Position numbers and translations under genes: made by a program. The notes beneath the pieces are model-generated. The model made no database searches and was not told the origin of the DNA. It saw nothing but the letters and a program-made list of their open reading frames with translations. This document shows, one piece after another, positions 26,430 to 38,116 of a DNA stretch of 64,000 nucleotides. The DNA is from Camelus ferus. Taxonomy: Eukaryota. Within the stretch, counting starts at the first letter, position 1. Each line of letters starts with the position of its first letter. Where the stretch lies: assembly GCF_009834535.1 (NCBI RefSeq), contig NC_045697.1, forward strand, positions 35,528,001 through 35,592,000. The letters are read 5' to 3'.

Positions 26430-27365
26430 ATTCATTCAGCAAATAATCATTAAATGTCTCCTCTGTGTTAGATACTATTCAAGGTGCTGAGGATACAGCA
26501 GTCAACAGACAGGTAAGGTCCAAGTCCTTGTTATTTTACTGGAGAGGGGCAGATAATACACACCTGAACAAGCAAAACAAGCAGGACATTATCTGAGAAA
26601 AGCAAGTCAGGGTAGGTAGAGAGAGTGACCAGGGAGGGGTTCTACTTTACAGAGGATGGTCGAGGAAGGCTTCTCTGATAAGGTCAGTCCGATGGTAACT
26701 GGATGACGTGAAGGAGTCAGGCATGTGGGTAATTGGGCAGAGGAAACATGTGCAAAGGCCCCAAGGTGAAGACGTGACTGGGGTTCCAGGAACAGATAGG
26801 AGGCCAGTGTGGCTGAAAAAGAGACTGAGAGAGTCAACTTGTGGGCAATGAGTCAAAGAAATAACTAGGGGCCAGACGTGTAAGGCCAGGGAATGGACTT
26901 TGGAAACCATCTGGAGGGTTCTGAATAGGGAAGGGACATGATCTTTTATAAAGGATCACTCTGGCTCCTGTATAGAGAGCTGAACACAGGGGTGAAAGAG
27001 GAAGCAGGAAGGCCACTTAGGAGGCGATTCTGGCAGTGCAGGCAGGAGATGACCCTGGTTTACACCATGGCAGTGGTGGTGGAGGTGATGAGAATCAGCC
27101 AGACTAAACGTCTTCTGAAGGTAGAGCCTGAGGGCTCTGCTGATGGACTAATGGGTACCGCTTAACAAGACGGGAGCACTGGAAAGAAGTGCACATTTGG
27201 GGGGGGGGATATGAAGACTTCAGACTTGTTAGGTTAGAGATGCCTATTAGATACTGAAGTAGCGAAAGTAACAAGGCAGTTGGATATGTGACCCTTAGCT
27301 CAGAGGAGAGATTAAAGCAGGAGTTCCAAATTCGAGAGTCATCAGCTTATAGAGGGTATTTAAAG
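26430..27365. mobile_element. L2 LINE 3' fragment
   Basis: attcattcagcaaat end motif plus typical L2 body (ggatcactctggctcctgt; ttagagatgcctattagatac). Confidence 0.75.
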
Positions 27366-27507
27366 CAATGAGAGAAAGTTGGTTAGGAAGTAATGGAAAG
27401 GTCTAATTGACTAGCGATAGTATATGGAATTTTCAAATTTCATTCTGATGCTGCCATCTTGTGGTCATTTAATTTTATTTTCTTTAAATTGCTAATGCAG
27501 TTTTTCT

Positions 27508-27848
27508 AAAAAAATTGAATTATAGCTAATTTACAATATTGTGTTAGTTTCAGGTGCACAGCAAAGTGATTCAATTATATATATATATTTCAGATTATTT
27601 TCCATTATAGGTTATTACGAGATATTGCACATAGTTCTCCGTGCTATACAGTAAATCCTTGTTGCTTATCTATTTTATACATAGTAATATCTGTTAATCC
27701 CAAACGTCTAATTTATCCTTCCCCTCTTTCCCCTATGATAACCATAAGTTTGTTTTCTATGTCTGTGAGTCTGTTTCTGTTTTGTAAATAGATTCATTTG
27801 TATTATTTTTTAGATTCCACATATAAGTGATATATAACACTTGTCTTA
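27508..27848 (-). mobile_element. L1 3' end fragment
   Basis: tttacaatattgtgttagtttcaggtgcacagcaaagtgattc...ttagattccacatataagtga. Confidence 0.85.
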
Positions 27849-28015
27849 GCATTTTAAAAAGAAGTTTAATAAAATTCTTTCTAATGATTAACTATACAAT
27901 TAAAAAACAAACTCCGATATTAACTGAATTATAAAGCTAATTATCTTTTCGATACTGGCTTCTTTTTCTTTAACTGTAGAGAAACTGGTATGTGTCTGTG
28001 TATTTCAAAGTATTT

Positions 28016-28161
28016 AATTTAATTTTTTAAATTTGTTTTTTGGGGGGAGAGGTAATTAGGTTTACTTAGTTATTTATTTTTAGGGGAGGTACTGGGGGAT
28101 TGAACCCAGGACCTTGTATATGCTAAGCATGTGCCCTACCAGTTGAGCTATACCCTTCCCC
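28016..28161 (-). mobile_element. tRNA-Ala-derived SINE (vic-1-like)
   Basis: Perfect 15-bp TSD tatttcaaagtattt at 28001-28015 and 28162-28176. Confidence 0.9.
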
Positions 28162-29400
28162 TATTTCAAAGTATTTTAACATTGTCATATTAATAACAGG
28201 TAGAATTTTCAGGTAGAAAAAAACTAAAAGACTTAGGTAACTCGCTAATGGCTATAAAGAAATCAGTCACATTTCTTGCTTCTTTGAGTTTATGGTGCCA
28301 AGAACAACAGTGCCATGGAGACGATTCCTCAACAGTATTACTCTCTCAGAGGAATGTCTTCCTTCTATAATATATGCAGAAAATACTCAGCATTGTGATT
28401 GAGATTCCAGTAGGAATCACATTTTATGTTCATATTTATTATTTAGAGATTGGAACACATTCTTCAGGAAGAAAAGATATTTATGAAAGTGAGAAAAGTT
28501 AATTAAAAAAAAATTTTCCCCCCCGAAAAGTATGATGAAAATTTTTAAAAGGAAAGGATTATGTTTTAAGTCCTTAGGTTTAAGTTTACTTTTGTCTGTA
28601 ATGCTTGGTAAAACAAATTTAGTTAGCTATAGTTAGGTAACACATAGCAGGTGCCCAAAGACATTTTGAATAACTATGCTTTGACCAGAATTTTGAGCAG
28701 GATAAAATGTTTTTGGACTTTTGGCTCCCTTATACTAAATATGTTACTTCTTAGAGTTCAGATATAATCTGTGAAGCACAAAGAAAAATTCACTTTTCAA
28801 CAAGTATAATAAAGGCAAAATCTTTTTCCTTTATAACCAATAATAGATGTACAAATAAAAATAATTTTACATATTTGCTAATTGATTTTCATATCACTGA
28901 ATATAAAACCCAAGAAGATATGAAAAATCTTTAACTGAAAAAATCCATCAACTGCAGGGCATGGATACTCACACTGATCTCCCAGAATTCTCCCTTGGAA
29001 GCTTTTTGTTTGTTTTTTGTTTATTTTTTTGCCTCTTAAAATAATACAGGCATCATTATGCCAAAAAAAAAAAAAAAAACAACAACCCAGGAAAGTTTAG
29101 AAAACAACAGGCAAACAGAAATAAAATGAAAATCATCTGTTACCCTGCTACCCATAACGAATCATTGATGACATTTTGGCATACCCTTCCAGGTTTTTAC
29201 AAACATACATATAATCTGAAAAATAAAAATGAGATATATCACAGATTGTTTTATAACTTTCTTTCATGTCATAATCCATTCTGAACATCAGTCCATCTCA
29301 AAAAATATACATTATCATTTTTCATAATTGTATACTTTCCACATACAGATTTATGTACCCAATAAATTAATAATTCTCTTAAACTCTTAAAAATACTCAC

Positions 29401-29532
29401 AGCCTTTAACTCCACATTACCACCCATGTGAAATTCAATGGTTTTGCCCATAATGAATACTCCTTCATTTCCTCGCACAATAGCACGGCCATCAACTTTT
29501 ATGTTTAAATCACTAGTAGCATTGCTGGTAAT
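29401..29532 (-). CDS. SGCB: Beta-sarcoglycan exon 5
   Basis: ttttcag| ITSNATSDLNIKVDGRAIVRGNEGVFIMGKTIEFHMGGNVELKA |gtgagt; 132 nt. Confidence 0.97.
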
Positions 29533-29846
29533 CTGAAAATTGAAAAAAAAGTAGTGATGAAGAGTTTCTAAGTTAAAGTGATAATTACTATAGAGATAGA
29601 GGAACAGGAGTTTCAACCACAACATATGAGAGGCAAGTGTTTTCATTCATGTTTTATAGATGTTGAAATAGAGGTGATTTGGTAATGATCACATATAGTA
29701 GTTAGTGACAAATCTAGAACTAATCCCTTCCACAGTTCTGGAGTTCTTTCTTTCACAGCATTATATTAGTAAAACTACCCCCCTATACTTTGTAACTTTA
29801 GACAATTGTCCTCTTTCATTAATAAAACAAACAAAATAGATCATAC

Positions 29847-30038
29847 CCTTTCAGTAGATGCTTTCTGAACATTCAAACTTTTCACTCCACTTGGCAAGTG
29901 AAACTCATGAGTTTCATAGTCTGTGCTGAATAAGATATTTTGAGTCCTTGGGTCGAAAAACTGCATACCAATGTCGCTTGTAATAGAAGTCTTGTTCTTT
30001 TCTACACTGAGCTTTGTTGTCCCTTGCTGAAAAACAAT
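29847..30038 (-). CDS. SGCB: Beta-sarcoglycan exon 4
   Basis: ctttctgaag| IVFQQGTTKLSVEKNKTSITSDIGMQFFDPRTQNILFSTDYETHEFHLPSGVKSLNVQKASTER |gtatga; 192 nt. Not listed in the ORF track. Confidence 0.97.
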
Positions 30039-30683
30039 CTTCAGAAAGACACTTTATCATGAATATGTTTTTGAAGAAGACTGTATCCAAAATTTACCAA
30101 GAACATTATTTAAAAAGTTCTATAAAAACAGACTAACTTCAAATAATTTTAACTACCTCTCTCTGACAGTCTCCATTCTCTTGGGAGAAGAGTTCTTTAA
30201 AACGAGGGCTTACGTACTTATTTGCTATGGTGCTCAGCAGAACTAGACGGTCGCAGAGCACAGGGACCAGGCCTAAAGTGGGCAGGAGTGGTGAGGATGC
30301 CTCCTTGAGGTTCTGGTCAGTTGAAAACCGATGTTACAGTAGCCACATGGCGGGGGCTGTCACTGACTAGACTGGCGTATTCTCTTCCAGAATCCCAGAA
30401 AGCAGAGGGTATTCTAACCTGGGAAGGTTTCCTCCATTAGAAACTCAGAAGTTTACTCAGAAAAGAGTAAATCATGTATTCTTACAGTAATTATATCTAT
30501 CACAGAAAATGCTACCATGGAACAAAATCTAGAATGTTAAGAAAATATCTAACACTAATAGATTAGAAGACCAACAACATTATCAAATATATTTATGAAT
30601 TTTCTCTAAAGGAAAATATCCACTTCCAATAATCAACGCTAGATTTTTACAAAGACTTTTTCTCTTACAGCCTGGTCACTTAC

Positions 30684-30869
30684 AGGCTGGTTGTTGCCAG
30701 TGATGACCAGATTTTCGTTTCGCCTTCCTCCTACTGTGCTCTTATAAAGAGGATGTATAACTCCCATGTCAGACACTTGCTTAAACCGAAGCAGACCACT
30801 GTCATGAAACTCCATGCTGTCACAGCCATTTGGTCCAATGCGAATCACAGCCCAGATGACAAGTGTTAT
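30684..30869 (-). CDS. SGCB: Beta-sarcoglycan exon 3
   Basis: ctttttag| ITLVIWAVIRIGPNGCDSMEFHDSGLLRFKQVSDMGVIHPLYKSTVGGRRNENLVITGNNQP |gtaagt; 186 nt. Confidence 0.97.
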
Positions 30870-31109
30870 CTAAAAAGAAATCAAGCACACATTTAACATA
30901 ATTGGAAAACAAACAGAAAAGATAATTGTCAAAGGATTAAACTCCCCAAAATGTTTCATCAGTGAGATGAACACAACAACTGGTTTTCCACTTATAAACA
31001 AAACCAATTTCACTTTTATCATGGTTTTACTCGCAAATAGCTAAGAGTAAAACAGTGCTAAAGGGTCTGTAATTTAAAAAGAGCAGTTTCTATTTCTTCT
31101 ACCTCTTCT

Positions 31110-33300
31110 ATATCTCGTCCAGGAACAACCACTTTCAACAATTTTGGCTATTTTGTCTAGAATTTATCTTCATATTACTAAATAGTATGTGTATAGTATT
31201 CCTTCACTGACCAATTTTAGGTTCTATCTATTACCTTCCTGTTTTAGCAAAAGAGAATTTTAGCTCATTTATATTTCTTCTTCCCCAACTCCAATCTCAA
31301 GTTCTGGTTAAATCCATTTTCAGCATTATGACGATATAAATACTGTTCACTTCGAAGTCAAATACTGTACTACGATGGCAATTCCTTTCTTGTACTTTGT
31401 GTCTTTCTGAGTTTAATGTTTACTTTTCTTTCATTTGCATAGTTTCTTTGAAAATCAGACTAAATCTTCTCAAAATCTCCAACATTTCTGTAAAATGTCT
31501 CTCAATAAAATGTTCTAAAAGCCCAAACCTCCCAGAAAATTTATTAGTTCTACTTTTCTTTCTAGGAAGTCTCTCTGGAAACCCCATCTTCTTGCTCCTA
31601 TCTGGGCTCTCACCCCTGGGTCCGCTGCACAGCTGTGATCATGAACTTTCCCTTCACTTTCAGGCTGGAACTTCCTTTTGTCTATCTCCTGTGCTGGATA
31701 CTCAGTTTCCTGTATCCTTGGCTTCAACTTTCTTGGTTTAGTACTTTCCATGGCTTCCTTAGAAAGAATGTATGTGAAGTAAATATTTTTGAGAGTGTGC
31801 ATGGCTAAAAAAAATGTCTCTATAGTCCCTCACATTTGACTGATAGTTTAGTACACATTTCTAGATTTGAAGTTATTTTCTCTCTGAATTTTGAAGGCCC
31901 TGGCTTTCTTGCCGTCTAGTTTCCAGCACTGTTTTTGAGAGGTCTGATGCCACTCTGATTTTATATTCTTTATACATAGCCTGTTTTTTCGTTTCTGGAA
32001 GACTTTAGAATCTTCTCTTTATTCCTGTCTTTTAAGTTTCACAGTGATAGCCTTGGTATGAGTCTTTCTTACGCATACGCTGGACCCAGAGTGGTAGTTT
32101 TCAACCTGTTCTAGGAAGCTTTCTTGATTTATTTATTTGATAACTTTTCCCCCAGTGTGTTCTCTTTCTAAAACTCCTATTAACAGAATGTTACAGTTCC
32201 AGGATTGATTCTTTAATTTTGTTGAACATAGTGGTTTTATCTTCCAATATCTATGTATCTATGCATCCATCCATCCATGTGTGTGTATTTCTATGAGTTC
32301 TTCCATATTCTTTAATTGTTCCTCTTTAATGGCATGCTATCCTTGTTTAATGGCTGCAATATCCTCTTCCTTCTCTGAAGATACTGACTTTGGTGTGTGT
32401 TTGTTTGTTTTAAAGTTTCCTGTCATTTGCTGCGTTTTCTCCATTTCCCTGAATCCCACTTTCCCCATGGTTTGGGTATTTTTGGTCTCAGTCATTTCCC
32501 AATTCTGGGAGCTTTCCATAAAAATCTATTAATCCCTGGAGGCTCCATGTTCATATTTAACAGAGTGGTTATAAAAAAATCCATAGAAAGTTCTGTGTGG
32601 AATGGGGCTTATGACTGACAGCCTTCACAGTGGGGAGATTAGGTGGCTTTTTCACGGGGACCTGTCAATTGTCAATATCTTCAGGTCTTGTCTTTGTGTT
32701 CTTCAGTTTCTGCCGAGAAGGCTATTTTATCTCTTGCCCAGAAGATACAAGACTGGTGCCAGGGAGCTGGAGGTGGAGGATGAGGCTAATGGGGCCTCAA
32801 TGTTCAGGATTCAGAATTCAGACTTCCTGCTTTCAGTGTGGAAACCCATCCCTACCTCTCTGGGCAACGTCCTCAGCCAGAAGGAGTTTCCTCTGGTTTG
32901 GTGTGGGGTTACCAGCTGCCTGACTGCTGGCTGGAAGGGGAGGGAGGCTGAGGATCTCAGGCTCCTTCCACGGATTTTTCAAACAAGCTCTCTGTTCTCA
33001 GTTCCCAACTCACTCCTGCTTTTCAAGGGACTTGTACTTCCAGTTCCTGAGGCTTTTCAGGATTCTGCAAGGCATTTCCACCAACGCACCCTGCAAACCC
33101 CTCCCCAACACGCAGTTCCTCTTCCCTGGTAAGTTATTTGCCATTCCTCCTCCTCCTTTTTGTCTGCATATATTATGGTGTAGGATTTTGGTTGCCTCCA
33201 ACTTTCTTCCAAGATATTTCTGTTTCTTGACATTGTCACCTTAGGATGAGTTTTTAGAGAGGAGGGGGATGAAAATGTCTTCGTTTTGCCATCTTAACCA
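31110..33300 (-). mobile_element. Degraded old L1/HAL1-like element
   Basis: T-rich antisense LINE-like sequence ending gccatcttaacc; no intact ORF; boundaries approximate. Confidence 0.55.
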
Positions 33301-34014
33301 TAACTTTCCGATAAAATAAATTCAGAACATGGCTCCTAGTAAAGTTATCTGCAATATCAGCTCTTTTTGATTTAAGTGAATTAGACACAAATGTTTTGGA
33401 TGTACATAAAATTCAAAGGACTGGTTTGAGAGTATTAGAAGTAAAAAATACAGTAAGTGGAATCACTTTAGAATTGCTGTATCCACATTCACACTCAGTC
33501 TTAGGTACACCAATAGTCACTCTCTGAAAATACCTACCCACAGTGCCAGACTGGCTCAGATTTAACCCTCAGTAGTTACAACCTTGGATTAAATGTCTTC
33601 TTCTTTAAGAAATCAAGTGTCTTTGGAAAAGGCAGCCCACCAGGCCCTCGCACCTTAGTGTAAACCAGTCTACCCCAGATCCTTTCACTCTTTGACAACA
33701 GATTTAAGACTACAATATATAACCCTTTACCGCCATCCAAGGTTTACAGTTTTAAAGTTGAGCGGAGGAGTCAAGAGTAAATTTGGGAAAAGTTGAATGA
33801 AATCAGGAAGGATTATATTTTTAGGAGAGGTGAAGGCAATAAAATCATCTTGGCAAAAAGGTCTCTTCTATTGAGTGACTCTACCCTTTTAAAAGTTAAG
33901 TCTTTTAGAGGAAAGAATCTGTGAACAATTTTTCTAAATAAAACTAATACATGGCAATATTAGCATACTAGGTTTTCATATGGAAAATGTTCATTAAAAT
34001 TCAGTAAGACATAA

Positions 34015-36056
34015 AACAATGAAGTTTGCAGCATCGAGTGACTCTTCTTTTCATGAACAATTTCTCTGTGGCATGCAATGCTGTTTGATAGCATTTTACC
34101 CATGGTAGAACTTCTTTTAAAACTGGAATCAATTCTCTCAAATCCTTTTTTATTAACTAAGTTTACATAATAGTCTAAATCCTTTGTTGTCATTTCAATA
34201 GTCTTCCCAGCATCTCCACCAGGAGTAGATTCCATCTCAAGAAATCACTTTCTTTGCTCATCTGTAAGAAGCAACTCCTTACCCTTTAAAGTTTTATCAT
34301 GAAATTGATGCACTTTAGCCACATCTTCAGGCTCAATTTCTAATTCTACCTCTCTTGCTATTTCCCCCACATCTGCCGTTACTTCCTCCACTGAAGTCTT
34401 GAACCCCTCAAAGTCATCTGAGGGTTGCAATCAACCTTTCAAACTCTTGTTAATATTGATATATTGACCTCTTCCCATGAGTCACACATGTTCTTCATGG
34501 CATCCAGAATGGAGAATCCTTTCCAGAAGGTTTTCGATTGCTCAGATCCATCAGATCCACTATCCCAGATCCACTATCTCTAGCAGCTGTAGCCTTACAC
34601 AATGTATTTCTTAACTAATAAGACCCGAAAGTTGAAATGATTCCTTGATCTACGGGCTGCAGAATGATGTTGTGTGAGCACGCATGAAAACACTAATCTC
34701 ACTGTACATCTCCATCAGAGCTCTTGGGTCACCAATGCATTGTCAATGAGCAATAATATTTTGAAAGAAATTTTTTTTTCTGAGTAGTAGGTTTAAAATA
34801 AACAATGTTGTAAACAGAAATGCTATCATCCAGACTTTGCTGGTATATTTATAGACAGCACAGACAGAGTAGACTTAGCATAATTCTTAAGGGCCTTAGG
34901 ATTTTCTAAACGGTAAATGGGCACTGGATTCAACTTAAAGTCACCAACTGCACTTGCCCCTAACAAGAGTCCACCTGTCCTCTGAAGCTTTGAAGCCAGG
35001 CATTGACTTCTCCTCTCTACCTATGAAAGTCCTAGATGGCATCTTCTTCTAATATAAAGCTGTTTTGGCTGCACTGAAAATCTGTAGTTTAGTGAAGACA
35101 CCTTACTGATGATCTCAGCTAGGTCTGGATAACTTGCTGCAGCTTCTACATCAGCATGTGCTGCTTCTCCTGGCACTTTTATGTTATGGTGATGGTCCTT
35201 TTTTTTTTTCTTAAACCTCAGGAACCAACCTCTGTTAGCTTCAAATTTCTGCAGCTTCCCCATCTCTCTCAGCCTTCATAGAATTAAAGAGAGGAAGGGC
35301 CTTGCTCTGGATCAGGTTTTGACTTAAGGGATTGTTGTAGCTGGTTTGATCTACCCAGACCACTAAAACTTTCTCCATACCAGCAATAAGGCTGATTTGC
35401 TTTCCTGTCATTCATTTATTCCCTTGAGTAGTACTTTTAACTTCCATTAAGAATGTTGCCTTTGCATTCACAGCTTAGCTAAACGTTTGGTGTAAGAGGC
35501 CTGGGTTTCAGCCTGTCACCTTTCACATGCCTTCCTCACTAAGCTTAATCGTTTTTAGTTTTTGATTTAAAGTGAGACACCTGCAACTCCTCCTTTCACT
35601 CGAACACGCAGAGGCCATTGCAGGGTTATTAACTGGTCTAATTTCAGTATTGTCGTGTCTCAGGGAATAGGGAGGCCCAAGGAGAGGGAAAGTAATGGGA
35701 ATGGCCAGTTGGTGGAGCAGTCAGAACATACATTTATCCATCAAGTTTGCTCATCTCATATGGGCGTGGTTAGTGGCAACCAAAAACAATTACAATAGTA
35801 ACAGTCAAGATCACTGATCCAAGATCACAATAACAAATATAACAATAATGAAAAAATTTGAAATATTGTGAGAATTACCAAACTGTAACATGGAGACCAA
35901 AGTGAGCAAATGCTGTTGGAAAAATGGCGCCAACAGACTTGCTCAATGCAGCAGGGTTGCCACAGACCTTCAATTTGTAAAAAAAAAAAAAAAGAAAGAA
36001 AAAGCAGTATCTGCAGAATGTAATAAAGCTAAGTGCAATAAAACAAGGTTTGTCTG
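34015..36056 (-). mobile_element. Tigger1 DNA transposon (about 2 kb, decayed transposase)
   Basis: 5' terminus cagacaaaccttgttttattgcac. ORF fragments [14 protein letters not shown]...[21 protein letters not shown] and DDFEGFKTSVEEVTADV are typical of the Tigger1 CENP-B-like transposase; frameshifted. Confidence 0.92.
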
Positions 36057-36181
36057 CATAGAAAAGCATAAACAGGGTCCCAAAAGAAATTATAGAAACA
36101 GAGTCCATGATTTCACTAAAAAAAAAGATGAAAAATTCCCCATGGTAATTAAGAAAAGAATATTCTGTACTATATACTCAC

Positions 36182-36391
36182 AATTAAATTGATGACAGCC
36201 AGGATAAACAGAAGGATAATTACACAGATGGCTAAATTGCCCTTTCTCCCTCTCAGTCCGGTTTTATGCAGGCGATCCTCATCAATTGGAATATATCCAG
36301 CTTTAAAGTTACTATTGTGCTCTTTATTGACGTTCCTTCTCTCAACAGCCTTCTCACGCATGGACTTCTTTACAGGACCATTGGAACTTTG
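36182..36391 (-). CDS. SGCB: Beta-sarcoglycan exon 2
   Basis: tttttag| QSSNGPVKKSMREKAVERRNVNKEHNSNFKAGYIPIDEDRLHKTGLRGRKGNLAICVIILLFILAVINLI |gtgagt; 210 nt. Confidence 0.97.
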
Positions 36392-36835
36392 CTAAAAACA
36401 AAATACAACACAATGGAAGAGCCACACCCTCTCTTTTTGATGGATTTACTTATTAATTACAAATTGATAACCAAAGAGAGCTAAATTGGTTAGTGATATA
36501 TTTCCACTAATAAACCTTAGGTCAAGTCACGATGAGCTGCAGCCTCCGAGTAAGGACATTACTGTGCTGAGAAGGGTGGTGGAGAAGAACCTTCAGTATG
36601 ACTATTTGATAACCTATTTCCACTGTCTGCTTTGAACAGTCTTACTGTCAGTGAAGTGAACAGCTAGCTCATTTGGAGGAAGAGTTGACACAAACATTCT
36701 ACAGTAGGTCATCTTGTTTTTACTAGTGATTTGTTTAATTACACATACTTTCTCATTACATGAAAAGAATTCAGAAAGGCTGACACATTTTGTTATTCAT
36801 CACTCCAATTGACTAAAGCTAATGTTATCCTAGAC

Positions 36836-38116
36836 CAGCAGTTTTCAACGTACGGGCTGGGGAGCCCTGGAGGGGTTCTCAAACCCTTTCAGGTGTCTGG
36901 AGGATGAAAACTATTTTCAAAATAACACTAAAATGTTACTTTCCTTTTTTATTCTCATTTCATGAATGTACAATTGACCCTTTTACAATACAGGTTTGAA
37001 CTGTGCAGGTCCACTTTTACTTGGGTTTTTCCCAATAAATAGATTGGAAAACTTCTGGGAGATATGCAATTTGAAAAAACTTGCAGATGATCTGCATAGC
37101 CTAGAAATATTGAAAAAATTAAGAAAAACTTAGGTATGATATGAATGCATAAAATATATGCAGGTATTAGCTATCCTTACATAGGCATAAGGTGAGTGAC
37201 ATTTAATATAAAATTAGTAATATGTTCATTTTCTTACTGTTTTATAACTTTGCTTTCACAGAGACACATTACCGTACAGTATGCCTCTCTCTGGTAACTG
37301 GAGAAACTACATGTCAGCCTATCATCACTGGCAAGTGATTTTAAAAAATGCAGCGTTTCCAATACTGTATCATGAACATGACTGTAATGAAGTTTTTGTA
37401 ATGATTCATTCACTAGTGTATAGGCTAGGCTACTGGGAAGCAATGGTATTGATTACACTAGGCTACCATAAAGCAATCCTATTGCTGCTTCTCTGTTATC
37501 AATGCATGAATACCTGTAATTAAATATGAACTTCTTTTTCCTATTATCTTTTCATTTTTGATGACTAGTGTTAGTAACATATATAACATCTACTGTGTCT
37601 TGTATAAGACAATATTGATGTAGGTACTAACAGACAATTCATCTTGTAAACAAAGTAAACTTACGTAATACAATGCAGTACTTTTCCTTATGATTTTCTT
37701 AGTAACATCTTCTTTTCTCTAGTTTACTTTATTGTAAGAATACAGTATATAACACATATATTGTCTAAAATATGTGGTAAGGCTTCCGGTTGACAGCAGG
37801 CTATCAGTAGTTAAAAGTTATATGTGGATTTTCGACTGCATGGTGGTTCGGCACCTCTAACCCTGGGGCTATTCAAGAGTCAACTATACAGTGGAGCTTC
37901 CAGAGGCTACAGGACTATATGTGATAACATCACTGTTCTAACAGCTAATAGAATGTGTGCTTGTGTATTCCCATGTTTAAAAAATTTCTCAGTTTTAACT
38001 CCTAACATGGTAAATATCAATGGATATAACCCACATAAACAAAAACTCTTTGGGATCCTCAGAAATTTTTAAGAGTACAAAGAGAACCTGAGATCAAAAA
38101 GTTTGAGAACCTCCTA
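36836..38116. mobile_element. hAT-Charlie-type MER element interrupted by a Tigger2-derived element (36971-37886)
   Basis: Outer ends cagcagttttcaa / tttgagaacctc with tagac-containing flanks. The inner element has terminal repeats caattgaccctt / aagagtcaacta and a TA duplication. Confidence 0.8.

Noticed and set aside
32602..33132. 176-aa plus-strand ORF
   Set aside because: Lies in degraded LINE-like sequence, antisense within an SGCB intron, with no recognisable protein features.
33960..35263. Domesticated Tigger transposase gene
   Set aside because: Fragmented by frameshifts and stops; an ordinary decayed Tigger1 copy.
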